From an uncultured Acidobacteriota bacterium (GTDB lineage: Bacteria; Acidobacteriota; Terriglobia; UBA7540), in the NCBI GenBank assembly GCA_963804995.1, contig CAWDSK010000006.1:960001-1024000 (forward strand): a DNA stretch of 64,000 bases, written 5' to 3'. Each line of letters starts with the position of its first letter. Positions within the stretch are counted from its first letter, which is position 1. Both the position numbers and the translations under genes were made by a program. The notes below the pieces were generated by a model, which did no database searches, was not told the DNA's origin, and saw only the letters and a program-made list of their open reading frames with translations. Shown here piece after piece: positions 55,670-64,000 of the stretch.

Positions 55670-56026
55670 ATGGAGAACAAGCATGAAGAATTGAGGCAGC
55701 GTACGAAGCAATTAGCGCTCCGTGTACTCCATCTATTCCGATCATTGCCCAAAAGCGAGGAAGGACGCATCATTGGAAGGCAACTACTCCGTGCTGGAAC
55801 AGCGGTTGCAGCAAACTACCGTGCGGTGGGACGAGCACGATCGCGAGCTGAATTCATCGCGAAGATGGGTATCGTGGTGGAAGAAATCGACGAGGTCGTA
55901 TTCTGGCTGGAATTGATTGCCGATGGGCAACTGATTCCTTCACCTCGCCTGGCGGATCTCCAGAAAGAGGCCAACGAACTCCTGGCCATTTTTGCAGCCT
56001 CGCAACACACTGCGAGACATCATTGA
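55670..56026 (+). CDS. Four helix bundle protein (23S rRNA IVS protein/Avd-like family)
   Basis: IGRQLLRAGTAVAANYRA..RARSRAEFIAK..EEIDEVVFWLEL..EANELLAIF. Confidence 0.9.
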   Translation: MENKHEELRQRTKQLALRVLHLFRSLPKSEEGRIIGRQLLRAGTAVAANYRAVGRARSRAEFIAKMGIVVEEIDEVVFWLELIADGQLIPSPRLADLQKEANELLAIFAASQHTARHH

Positions 56027-56105
56027 ACCAAGATCGGGAACTTCGATGGACCGATGAAACGATGAGCCGATGAACCGATGAGCAAATGATTCAATAGGAG
56101 ATCGC

Positions 56106-56645
56106 TTGCCAGAAGATCGAAAAGGGTTGATTATCGTAAACACGGGCCCCGGCAAAGGCAAAACGACGGCCGCTCTGGGGACGGCGCTTCGGGCTGTGGG
56201 ACAAGGCCTGAAGGTCTTGATGGTACAGTTCATTAAGGGTTCATGGCACTATGGCGAGTTGGACGCCGCCAAGATGCTGGGTGACGATCACCTGAAGATC
56301 CTGCCTATGGGCCGCGGATTTGTGAAAGTCGGCGCCGAGAAACCTGATCTGGAGGATGTGCGGCTGGCCGAGGAAGCCTGGCAGTTCGCGAGCGGGGAGA
56401 TCCAGAGCGGGCGCTACGACATGGTGATCCTTGACGAGATCAACTACGCGATCAGTTACAAGATGCTGGACCCGGAGCCGGTGGTGGAAACCCTGAAGAA
56501 AAAACCGGAGAAGGTGCACGTGATCCTGACCGGCCGCAACGCCCACCCAACGCTCGTCGAGATGGCTGACCTGGTGACGGAAATGCGCGAGGTCAAGCAC
56601 CCGTACCAGAAAGGCATCCCCGCCCAACGGGGGATAGAATACTGA
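56106..56645 (+). CDS. cobO: Cob(I)yrinic acid a,c-diamide adenosyltransferase
   Basis: NTGPGKGKTTAA, QFIKG, ILDEINYA, TGRNA and KHPY..AQRGIEY motifs. Confidence 0.93.
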   Translation: MPEDRKGLIIVNTGPGKGKTTAALGTALRAVGQGLKVLMVQFIKGSWHYGELDAAKMLGDDHLKILPMGRGFVKVGAEKPDLEDVRLAEEAWQFASGEIQSGRYDMVILDEINYAISYKMLDPEPVVETLKKKPEKVHVILTGRNAHPTLVEMADLVTEMREVKHPYQKGIPAQRGIEY

Positions 56646-56646
56646 G

Positions 56647-56770
56647 GATCGGGCCATCGGGTGAACAAGCGAAACACGAAAATCGAAATTCGAAACTGAG
56701 TCATAATTTCCTCCGATTTTCGAGTTTCGAGTTTCGGATAAGTCAGTCCGATGGCCGGATGAACCGATAA
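56647..56770. repeat. Inverted octamer plus heptamer repeat arms
   Basis: cgaaaca cgaaaat cgaaatt cgaaact ... ttttcg agtttcg agtttcg, inside octamer arms. Confidence 0.8.
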
Positions 56771-56780
56771 ATAGGATTCC

Positions 56781-57632
56781 ATGACTTGGTTCCGCAAAGA
56801 GAGGCAGCCGCTTGAGACGCCCAAGGAGAAGCGCGTCCAGACCGAAGGGCTCTGGGTGAAGTGCGCCGGTTGCAAGCAGATCCTATGGAAAAAGGATCTG
56901 GAAACCCATTTGCAGTGCTGCCCCAAGTGTGGGCACCATTTCAAAATGGGCTCACACGCGCGGCTGGAAATGCTGTTTGATGACGGGCTCTACACGGAGC
57001 ACGACGCCCGCCTTGCTTCCACGGACCCCCTGCATTTCAAGGACACGAAAGCATACCGCGACCGGCTGAAGCAAGCCGAAAGAGTAACCGGCATGAAGGA
57101 CGCACTTCTGACCGGCGAGGGACTGATCGAAGGCAAGCCTGCCATCATCTGCGCCATGGAGTTTCAGTTCGTGGGCGGCAGCATGGGCGCCGTGGTGGGA
57201 GAAAAGGTAACCCGCGCCATCGATCGCTGCATCGAGAAGAAGCTGCCACTGGTGATCGTTTCCTGCTCCGGCGGGGCGCGCATGATGGAAGGCGCCATCA
57301 GCCTGATGCAGATGACCAAAATCTGTTCAGCGCTGGCCCGCCTGGATGAAGTGCGCAAGCCCTACATTTCAGTGCTCACTGATCCCACCACGGGAGGCGT
57401 CACCGCCAGCTACGCCATGCTGGGAGATTTGAACATTGCCGAGCCGGGGGCGCTGATTGGCTTCGCAGGCCCGCGCGTCATTGAACAGACCATCCGCCAA
57501 AAGTTGCCCGAAGGGTTCCAGCGCTCCGAATTTCTCCTGGAGCACGGCATGCTCGACGCCATCGTCCCTCGCAAAGAGTTGAAGAGTTTCATCGCGCGGG
57601 CCTTTGGCCTGATGCGGGCCTGGGACTCTTGA
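56781..57632 (+). CDS. accD: Acetyl-CoA carboxylase carboxyltransferase beta subunit
   Basis: EGLWVKC zinc finger, GGSMG, SGGARM, PTTGGV and GFAGPRVI motifs. Confidence 0.97.
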   Translation: MTWFRKERQPLETPKEKRVQTEGLWVKCAGCKQILWKKDLETHLQCCPKCGHHFKMGSHARLEMLFDDGLYTEHDARLASTDPLHFKDTKAYRDRLKQAERVTGMKDALLTGEGLIEGKPAIICAMEFQFVGGSMGAVVGEKVTRAIDRCIEKKLPLVIVSCSGGARMMEGAISLMQMTKICSALARLDEVRKPYISVLTDPTTGGVTASYAMLGDLNIAEPGALIGFAGPRVIEQTIRQKLPEGFQRSEFLLEHGMLDAIVPRKELKSFIARAFGLMRAWDS

Positions 57633-57636
57633 GAAA

Positions 57637-57816
57637 TCGACTCATCGGCCCATCGGCTCATCAGTTCATCGAGTGATGGGGTCATTGAGTGATTTGGTGA
57701 TTTCGCGATTAGTTGATGGAGCGACGAACAGGAATCACTGGGGCTTTAAATCACTAAATCACCCAATCGCCAGATGAACCGATGGCCAGATGATCCGATG
57801 GCTCGATGCCTCGATT
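57637..57816. repeat. Inverted octamer repeat arms without ORF
   Basis: (ATCGGCTC-like)n followed by (ATGAACCG-like)n. Confidence 0.85.
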
Positions 57817-57819
57817 CCC

Positions 57820-59163
57820 ATGACTTACCCTGAATGCTTGGAATATCTTGCCGGCTTGGGCCATGAGCTGCACGGCCTGAAGTTCGGGCTGGCGGCCATT
57901 ACCCAAATCCTGGCGGAGCTGGGCTATCCCCACGAACGCTACCCCACAGCCATTGTGGCGGGAACCAACGGCAAGGGTTCCACCTGTGCCATGCTGGCCA
58001 GCATCCTGGAACATGCTGGTTATCGCACGGGGCTCTACACTTCTCCCCACCTGGTCCGGGTGAACGAAAGGGTACGGGTAAACGGGGAGGAAATATCCGA
58101 CCAGGATTTTGCCTCGGCCTTTTCACGAGTTGCCACGACCGTCGAAAGCTTGGTCCGGGAAGGCAAGCTGGAAGGGCCCCCCAGCCTTTTTGAATTCCTC
58201 ACGGCGGTGGGGTTCTTGCACTTTGCGCAGGTTGAGGCGCAGTTTGTAGTGCTGGAAGTCGGCATGGGTGGGCGTTTGGACGCCACCAATGTGACGGATC
58301 CGCGCGTGGCGGTGATCACCAACGTCGACTTCGACCACATGGAGTTTCTGGGCTCCACTCTGGCCGCCATCGCCGCGGAAAAGGCCGGGGTCATCAAGCC
58401 CCATCGTCCCGTGATTTCGGGAGTTGAAGAACCGGAGGCTGCCGCCGTCATCCAGCGACGCTCGGAAGAATCCGCGGCTGATTTAGCGGTCATGGCCGAG
58501 TTCGCAACTATCACCAGACTTCGTACCAACCAGGGCCGCTACACTTTTGACATGCTGCTGGGCGAGGAATACTTTGCCGGGCTGACCGCGCCCCTCCTGG
58601 GAAAATTTCAGGTAAAGAACACTGCCCTCGCGGTGGCAGCGGCCCGGCGACTGAATGAGGAAGGGTTTCTGATCTCCCGCCGCGGCATTTTGTTGGGCCT
58701 GCGCAACGCCTCCTGGCCAGGCCGGCTGGAACCGATTCACCGGCAGCCGCTGGTGCTGCTCGACGGCGGGCATAATCCTGCTGCGGCGCGCGAGCTGGCC
58801 ACTTTCATCCGCGAGGAATTGCCGGAACGCCGCCTGCGTCTGGTGTATGCTTCCATGCGCGATAAGGCGATGGGAGAGATTAGCGAAATCCTCTTCGCGC
58901 TGGCGGGAGAGGTCTACTTCACTCGCCCTGACCACCCACGCGCCGCCTCCCCTGAGGAAATTGTGGCCGCCCTACGTTTCCGGCCGGGCACGCTGCACTT
59001 GGAATCTGACCCCGTCCGCGCGATGGAAAAGGCCTGCGGCGCAAGCGCTCCGGACAACGTGGTGCTCGTCTTCGGATCGCTCTTCCTGGTGGGCGCCATC
59101 AAGAGTGCGCTAAGCGCAGGAACGCTGCAATTGCCGGGCCCCGCCGGCAGTGCCGTTGTGTAA
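57820..59163 (+). CDS. folC: Folylpolyglutamate synthase/dihydrofolate synthase
   Basis: AGTNGKGST, YTSPHL, EVGMGGRLDATN, WPGRLE and LDGGHN motifs. Confidence 0.96.
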   Translation: MTYPECLEYLAGLGHELHGLKFGLAAITQILAELGYPHERYPTAIVAGTNGKGSTCAMLASILEHAGYRTGLYTSPHLVRVNERVRVNGEEISDQDFASAFSRVATTVESLVREGKLEGPPSLFEFLTAVGFLHFAQVEAQFVVLEVGMGGRLDATNVTDPRVAVITNVDFDHMEFLGSTLAAIAAEKAGVIKPHRPVISGVEEPEAAAVIQRRSEESAADLAVMAEFATITRLRTNQGRYTFDMLLGEEYFAGLTAPLLGKFQVKNTALAVAAARRLNEEGFLISRRGILLGLRNASWPGRLEPIHRQPLVLLDGGHNPAAARELATFIREELPERRLRLVYASMRDKAMGEISEILFALAGEVYFTRPDHPRAASPEEIVAALRFRPGTLHLESDPVRAMEKACGASAPDNVVLVFGSLFLVGAIKSALSAGTLQLPGPAGSAVV

Positions 59164-59179
59164 CTTGCCCGATGATGTC

Positions 59180-59959
59180 ATGGAAACCGCCTCCCCAGCC
59201 GTGGCCAGGAAGACCCGTACCGAGCGGCGCGGCCGCTATCTCTTAAGCTACGCGCGTTCCCTGCTCTTCACCAACCTCCTCATTTATTCCTACACCGCCA
59301 TCTGTGGAACGTTCTCGCTTCTGGGATCTCTTTTCGACGCGCGCGGGCGCTGGCAGCACGCCTGCGCCCGCGTCTGGTCGTGGCTGATCTTGAAGACCAG
59401 TGGAATCCGCGTGCGCGTGGAAGGCCTGGAGCACGTGCATCCCAGCCACACCACCATCTTCTGCGTGAATCATCAGAGCGCCATGGATATCCCCATTCTT
59501 TTTGTGAATCTGCCCGCCCAGTTTCGCTTCGTCGCCAAGCGCTCGCTCTTTCACCTGCCGTTCATGGGCTGGCACCTGAGCCGTTCCGGACACATCCCCG
59601 TGGATCGTGACCGGCCGCGCGAAGCCATGAAAAGCATGAAGAAGGTGGCGCAGGAAATTCGCGAGGGAAAATCTGTGCTGCTGTTTCCCGAAGGCCATCG
59701 CAGCCGCACCGGCCAACTGCTCCCTTTCAAGGCCGGAAGCTTTTACATCGCCATTCTGGCCGGCGTGCCGATTGTGCCCATTACTCTCAACGGAACGCGC
59801 CACGTGCTTGAGCCTGATACGTATCATGTGCGGGCAGGACAGACGGAAATGTTCGTGCACCCGGCCATCGAAACCAAAGATCTGACGCTGGAAGACGTCG
59901 AATCCCTTTCGCAGAAAGTGCGGCAAGCAATTGAGTCGAAGTTCGTTCCAGTGGAATAA
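59180..59959 (+). CDS. plsC: 1-acyl-sn-glycerol-3-phosphate acyltransferase
   Basis: NHQSAMD and FPEGHRS motifs. Confidence 0.9.
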   Translation: METASPAVARKTRTERRGRYLLSYARSLLFTNLLIYSYTAICGTFSLLGSLFDARGRWQHACARVWSWLILKTSGIRVRVEGLEHVHPSHTTIFCVNHQSAMDIPILFVNLPAQFRFVAKRSLFHLPFMGWHLSRSGHIPVDRDRPREAMKSMKKVAQEIREGKSVLLFPEGHRSRTGQLLPFKAGSFYIAILAGVPIVPITLNGTRHVLEPDTYHVRAGQTEMFVHPAIETKDLTLEDVESLSQKVRQAIESKFVPVE

Positions 59960-60228
59960 TCAGTCTCAGCAAAGGCCTCTCGACAGAGCTTGCGCCGCAT
60001 CATATCCTTGTGAACTGTGTGGCGCCGGGATGGATCGGCACGGAAATGGCGGCGCCGGTGATGCGCAATCGGCGTGAGCACCGACAGGCGCTTTCGGTTA
60101 TCCCGCTTCGGCGGTTTGGAAAACCTGAAGAGGTGGCCATGCCGATTCTCTTCCTGGCCTCGCCGCTCTCGACGTATATAACGGGGGAGGTTGTCAACAT
60201 CAATGGAGGCAATGTTCTCTGTGGTTAA
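59953..60228 (+). pseudogene. C-terminal fragment of an SDR (FabG-like) oxidoreductase
   Basis: GIISLSKGLSTELAPHHILVNCVAPGWI..IPLRRFGKPEEVA..YITGEVVNINGG; no Rossmann N-terminus and no start. Confidence 0.8.
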
Positions 60229-61009
60229 GCCGCTGATCTCCTGGTTCGGTTGCCTGGGGCGGGCGTTTGCCATGGTCGTTTTGGCAACTGCCACGCTCCC
60301 GGCACAAAAACCCCCGGCGCCAGTGCTGCCACGGCGCGTCGACCCCAAAGCGCAGGAGATTCTCAACCGCACGATTCAGGCGCTAGGAGGACAGGCATTT
60401 TTGAATTTCAAAACCCTGACCACCAAGGGGCGGACCTTCTCCATTCATGATGAAACCACGGCAGGCTTGGCGCCCTTTCAAAGCTATGTGCAGTACCCGG
60501 ACAAGCGACGCTTTTCCTACGGGAAGACCCTGCCTGTTATCTTGATCAATAACGGCGACAAGGGCTGGGAACTCAACCGCTACGGGCTGATCAGCCAACC
60601 GGTTGAGCAGGTGCAGCGTTGGATCGCCTCCAACCGCTACTGCCTTGAAAACCTGTTGCGCTTGCGTATCAATGAGCCTGGCGTGCTGGTGCAAGTGGGC
60701 GGTGTTGACTTTGTGGATAATGCGGCCACGCAGGCCATCGAGATCATCGAGTCGGGGGGCGCCATCATTCGGCTGGATTTGAACCGCCAGACCTTCGTCC
60801 CCACCCGCATAACCTATCGGGTCCGCAACCCCAAGACCAACGACTATGATGATTACTCGGACGCGTACGCGGACTACAAGACGTTCGATGGAATCCAAAC
60901 CCCCATGCACATCTCGCGCTATGTGAACGACGAACGGAGTGGGGAGATCTTTCGCAATACCGCGAAGTATGACGAGGAGTATCCCGCCAACTACTTCACG
61001 CCCGAGTGA
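60212..61009 (+). CDS. Exported hypothetical protein (possible LolA/lipoprotein-sorting-like fold)
   Basis: Signal peptide; IQALGG and YADYKTFDGIQTP motifs. Confidence 0.6.
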   Translation: MFSVVKPLISWFGCLGRAFAMVVLATATLPAQKPPAPVLPRRVDPKAQEILNRTIQALGGQAFLNFKTLTTKGRTFSIHDETTAGLAPFQSYVQYPDKRRFSYGKTLPVILINNGDKGWELNRYGLISQPVEQVQRWIASNRYCLENLLRLRINEPGVLVQVGGVDFVDNAATQAIEIIESGGAIIRLDLNRQTFVPTRITYRVRNPKTNDYDDYSDAYADYKTFDGIQTPMHISRYVNDERSGEIFRNTAKYDEEYPANYFTPE

Positions 61010-61022
61010 GGCCAGGGACATC

Positions 61023-61031
61023 TGCTATAAT
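61023..61031 (+). promoter_or_regulatory. Extended -10 promoter element for hslVU
   Basis: TGCTATAAT shortly upstream of hslV. Confidence 0.5.
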
Positions 61032-61048
61032 GTTTTGATGGAGCCTCG

Positions 61049-61591
61049 GTGAAGAATTCCGCAAAAATACGAAGCACTACCATTCTATGCGTGCGCCGGG
61101 GCGGACACCTGGCCATGGGCGGCGACGGCCAGGTAACCATGGGCGAAAGCGTGGTAAAGCAAAAGGCCCGCAAAATCCGCCGCCTGTACAGCGAAAAGGT
61201 TGTGGCGGGATTCGCTGGAAGCACGGCCGACGCGCTCTCCCTGTTTTCCCGTTTCGAGCAAAAGCTCGATGAATACCACGGTAACCTCAGCCGGGCCGTA
61301 GTGGAATTGGCCAAGGATTGGCGCACCGACCGCGCCTTGCGCCACCTGGAAGCGCTGCTGCTGGTTGCGGATGAGAAGAACACCTATCTGGTCAGCGGCA
61401 ATGGCGACGTGATTGAGCCGGATGACGGCATTGTTGCCATTGGTTCCGGCGGACCTTTCGCACTGGCGGCGGCGCGCGCGCTTGCCAAACACACGGAAAT
61501 GAACGCCAAGGAAATTGTCCAGGAAGCCATGCTCCTGGCCAGCCAGATCTGCATCTTCACCAACGATCAGATTCATATTGAGGAGCTGTAG
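61049..61591 (+). CDS. hslV: ATP-dependent protease subunit HslV
   Basis: [27 protein letters not shown] and GSGG motifs. Confidence 0.97.
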   Translation: MKNSAKIRSTTILCVRRGGHLAMGGDGQVTMGESVVKQKARKIRRLYSEKVVAGFAGSTADALSLFSRFEQKLDEYHGNLSRAVVELAKDWRTDRALRHLEALLLVADEKNTYLVSGNGDVIEPDDGIVAIGSGGPFALAAARALAKHTEMNAKEIVQEAMLLASQICIFTNDQIHIEEL

Positions 61592-61630
61592 CTCAGACGC
61601 TTTTCCAGCTCCAGATTGAACGACTCAAAA

Positions 61631-63043
61631 ATGGTTTTCTATTTGCCCGACAATCTCGAAGCCTCAACCGCGCTTGACGATCTGACGCCGCGACAGATCG
61701 TAGTCGAGCTCGACAAGTATGTAGTAGGCCAAGCCAACGCCAAGCGCTCGGTGGCCGTTGCGCTGCGTAACCGGATGCGCCGGCAGAAGCTTGCGCCGGA
61801 GATCGCCGAAGATATCCTCCCCAAGAACATCATTATGATTGGCCCCACGGGAGTCGGCAAAACGGAAATCGCCCGCCGGCTGGCGCGTCTGGCAAATTCA
61901 CCTTTCCTGAAAGTGGAAGCCTCGCGCTTCACCGAAGTTGGCTATGTGGGGCGTGACGTGGAGTCGATGATACGCGACCTGGTGGAAGTTTCCATCGACA
62001 TGGTGCGCGAAGAAAAGGTGGATGAGGTCGCCGAAAAAGCCGAGCAGAACGCCGAGGAGCGCCTGTTGGATCTCCTGCTGCCGCCTCCCCCCTCGGCGCG
62101 CAAACCCGAGAAAGCTCCCGCAGATAATGACGAGGGACGCGCCCAGGCCGCCCAGGAACAACTTCACCGCACGCGGGAGAAGATCCGCGCCCAGCTTCGG
62201 GAAGGCAAGCTGGACGACCGGGAAGTGGAAGTGGAGATGCGCGAGCGCAATATGCCCGCCTTCGAGGTCATCACCTCACAGGGCATCGAAGAGATGGATA
62301 TCAATATCAAGGATATCCTCCCGGGACTCTTTGGCCAGCGCACCAAGAAACGCCGCATGCACGTCACCGAAGCCATGGAATACCTGATCCAGGAGGAGGA
62401 AAATCGGCTAATCGACATGGACCAGGTGACGCGAACCGCCGTCGAGCGCGCCGAGCAGTCAGGTATTATCTTTCTGGATGAGATCGACAAGATTGCGGGG
62501 CGCGAACGCGGAACCGGGCCCGACGTAAGCCGCGAGGGTGTGCAGCGCGACATCCTGCCCATCGTGGAAGGCACCACCGTGAATACCCGCTACGGGATGA
62601 TCCGCACGGATCACATCCTGTTCATCGCCGCGGGCGCTTTCCACGTCTCCAAGCCGTCGGACCTGATCCCGGAACTGCAGGGCCGCTTTCCCATCCGCGT
62701 GGAGCTGCACTCGCTCTCAACCGACGATTTCATACGCATCCTGAAGGAACCGAAGAGCGCTCTGGTAAAGCAATATACGGCGCTGCTGGAGACGGAAGGC
62801 ATCAAGATCACTTTCACCGACGACGCGCTGGAGGAGGTCGCCAAATTCGCGGCGGCCGTGAACGAGGCGACGGAAAACATCGGAGCGCGGCGGCTGCATA
62901 CCATCATGGAAAAGCTGCTCGACGAAGTTTCCTTCGAGGGGCCGGACCTGAAAAAGAAAGTCGTACGCGTGGATGCCGCGTACGTCCAAAAGCAATTGGC
63001 GGACATCGTCAAGAATCAAGACCTCAGCCGATACATCCTGTGA
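61631..63043 (+). CDS. hslU: ATP-dependent protease ATPase subunit HslU
   Basis: [34 protein letters not shown] and NIGARRL motifs. Confidence 0.98.
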   Translation: MVFYLPDNLEASTALDDLTPRQIVVELDKYVVGQANAKRSVAVALRNRMRRQKLAPEIAEDILPKNIIMIGPTGVGKTEIARRLARLANSPFLKVEASRFTEVGYVGRDVESMIRDLVEVSIDMVREEKVDEVAEKAEQNAEERLLDLLLPPPPSARKPEKAPADNDEGRAQAAQEQLHRTREKIRAQLREGKLDDREVEVEMRERNMPAFEVITSQGIEEMDINIKDILPGLFGQRTKKRRMHVTEAMEYLIQEEENRLIDMDQVTRTAVERAEQSGIIFLDEIDKIAGRERGTGPDVSREGVQRDILPIVEGTTVNTRYGMIRTDHILFIAAGAFHVSKPSDLIPELQGRFPIRVELHSLSTDDFIRILKEPKSALVKQYTALLETEGIKITFTDDALEEVAKFAAAVNEATENIGARRLHTIMEKLLDEVSFEGPDLKKKVVRVDAAYVQKQLADIVKNQDLSRYIL

Positions 63044-64000
63044 AACTACATCCCCGACCTTTGCAACGCGTGGCCCGTAGGACGGTTGACGCCCAAGATC
63101 GCAGTCAGGGATCCTGGGCCGCAGGGCAATCTGTCACCCCCGGCACCGCCCACATTCTGAGGACGGCGGCCCTCCCTTCCTCCCGAGTGCCGTGGCTGGT
63201 GCGAATTCTGCAGATACTGCTCATAACCTCCGCTGCCGGGTGCCTGTATGGATGCGGCGTGCAAGGCCCCCCACACCCACCGCGCCTGGAGCGGCCAGCA
63301 AAGATCTCAAACCTCACCGTCGCTCAGGTCGGGCAAACCCTGGAATTCCACTTCACCATTCCGCAGGAGACGAACGACGGCGAGCGCTTGATAAAGCCGT
63401 TGGAAGTGCAGTTACTGCGGGGCGTGGCTCCCCAGGCCAAGGGCCTTTCCAAGCTGCCGGAACCCGAAGTCTGGGTGACCCTCACCCGCGATGAGTGGTT
63501 CCCTTACGCGCACGATCGGGACGTTGCCTACCCCGCCCATCTCACGGAGAAGGAATTCCAATCCTGGCGTGGTCAGACTCTGGTGCTGGCTGTGCGCACG
63601 CTCACGCGTGGGTTTCGGCATCGTCCCCTCGAAAGCGACCCCTCAAACTTTGTGGACGTTCCCGTTCTGGACGTTTCAGAACCGGTGGGAAGCTTGTCCT
63701 GTGTGACCACGGAAAAAGCGGTGGAAGTCAGGTTCGTTCCCTCCACCCAGATGCTCAGCGGCCAACCGCTCCAGGGCGTTACGGGCTATAGGATCTACCG
63801 CAGCAATACCGGCCAACCCGGCAGCTTTGTGGTGCTGGGGCAGACGGTCGCTCCTCCTTACCGCGACAGCCAATTCGAGTTCGGCCACACGTACTACTAC
63901 ACGGTGCGCGCACTATTCGGTGAGCCTGCTCATACAGCCATGAGCGACAACTCGCAAGCGGCAAAGGTCACGCCTCGTGATATTTTCCCGCCTGCCCCGC
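63040..64000 (+). CDS. Probable lipoprotein with fibronectin type III domains (runs off window end; start may be 63187)
   Basis: Open frame not in the ORF track: [13 protein letters not shown] lipobox, GYRIYRS, YYYTVRA and DIFPPAP. Confidence 0.75.
   Translation, partial: MKLHPRPLQRVARRTVDAQDRSQGSWAAGQSVTPGTAHILRTAALPSSRVPWLVRILQILLITSAAGCLYGCGVQGPPHPPRLERPAKISNLTVAQVGQTLEFHFTIPQETNDGERLIKPLEVQLLRGVAPQAKGLSKLPEPEVWVTLTRDEWFPYAHDRDVAYPAHLTEKEFQSWRGQTLVLAVRTLTRGFRHRPLESDPSNFVDVPVLDVSEPVGSLSCVTTEKAVEVRFVPSTQMLSGQPLQGVTGYRIYRSNTGQPGSFVVLGQTVAPPYRDSQFEFGHTYYYTVRALFGEPAHTAMSDNSQAAKVTPRDIFPPAP

Noticed and set aside
55670..56026. Diversity-generating retroelement
   Set aside because: Only an Avd-like fold is present; no reverse transcriptase or TR/VR pair is visible in the window.

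Overview
GC-rich bacterial window, very probably Acidobacteriota (inferred from Oar-type TonB receptors, DUF6600/FecR and SBBP+Ig surface proteins). Left to right: a truncated Ser/Thr kinase; a DUF6600 protein; three tandem GT-C-like membrane paralogues; glycoside hydrolase/oxidoreductase; an orphan type IV pilus module (PilB plus PilV/W/X-like); a TPR gene, two duplicated TonB receptors and a secreted GalM; DUF362 and prenyltransferase-repeat genes separated by a 167-bp REP array, downstream of TadG/TadE/TadE; TonB, OMP and a large surface protein; a mobile-element hot spot (45.7-50 kb); a convergent BglII-like/MT-A70 R-M pair plus an ART-like ORF; and a housekeeping run (rplU to hslU). Main discoveries: (1) an IS1111-type IS110 element whose ends, TG core, REP target and both candidate bridge-RNA guide loops can be read from the sequence, with the target loop overlapping the transposase 3' end and about 430 nt of extra non-coding cargo; (2) a two-ORF DDE IS with 18-bp TIRs and a 21-bp target duplication equal to a REP hairpin; (3) inverted octamer/heptamer-repeat arms between housekeeping genes, one pair enclosing a four-helix-bundle gene. 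Many single-base frameshifts, including in rlmH, suggest long-read assembly errors.
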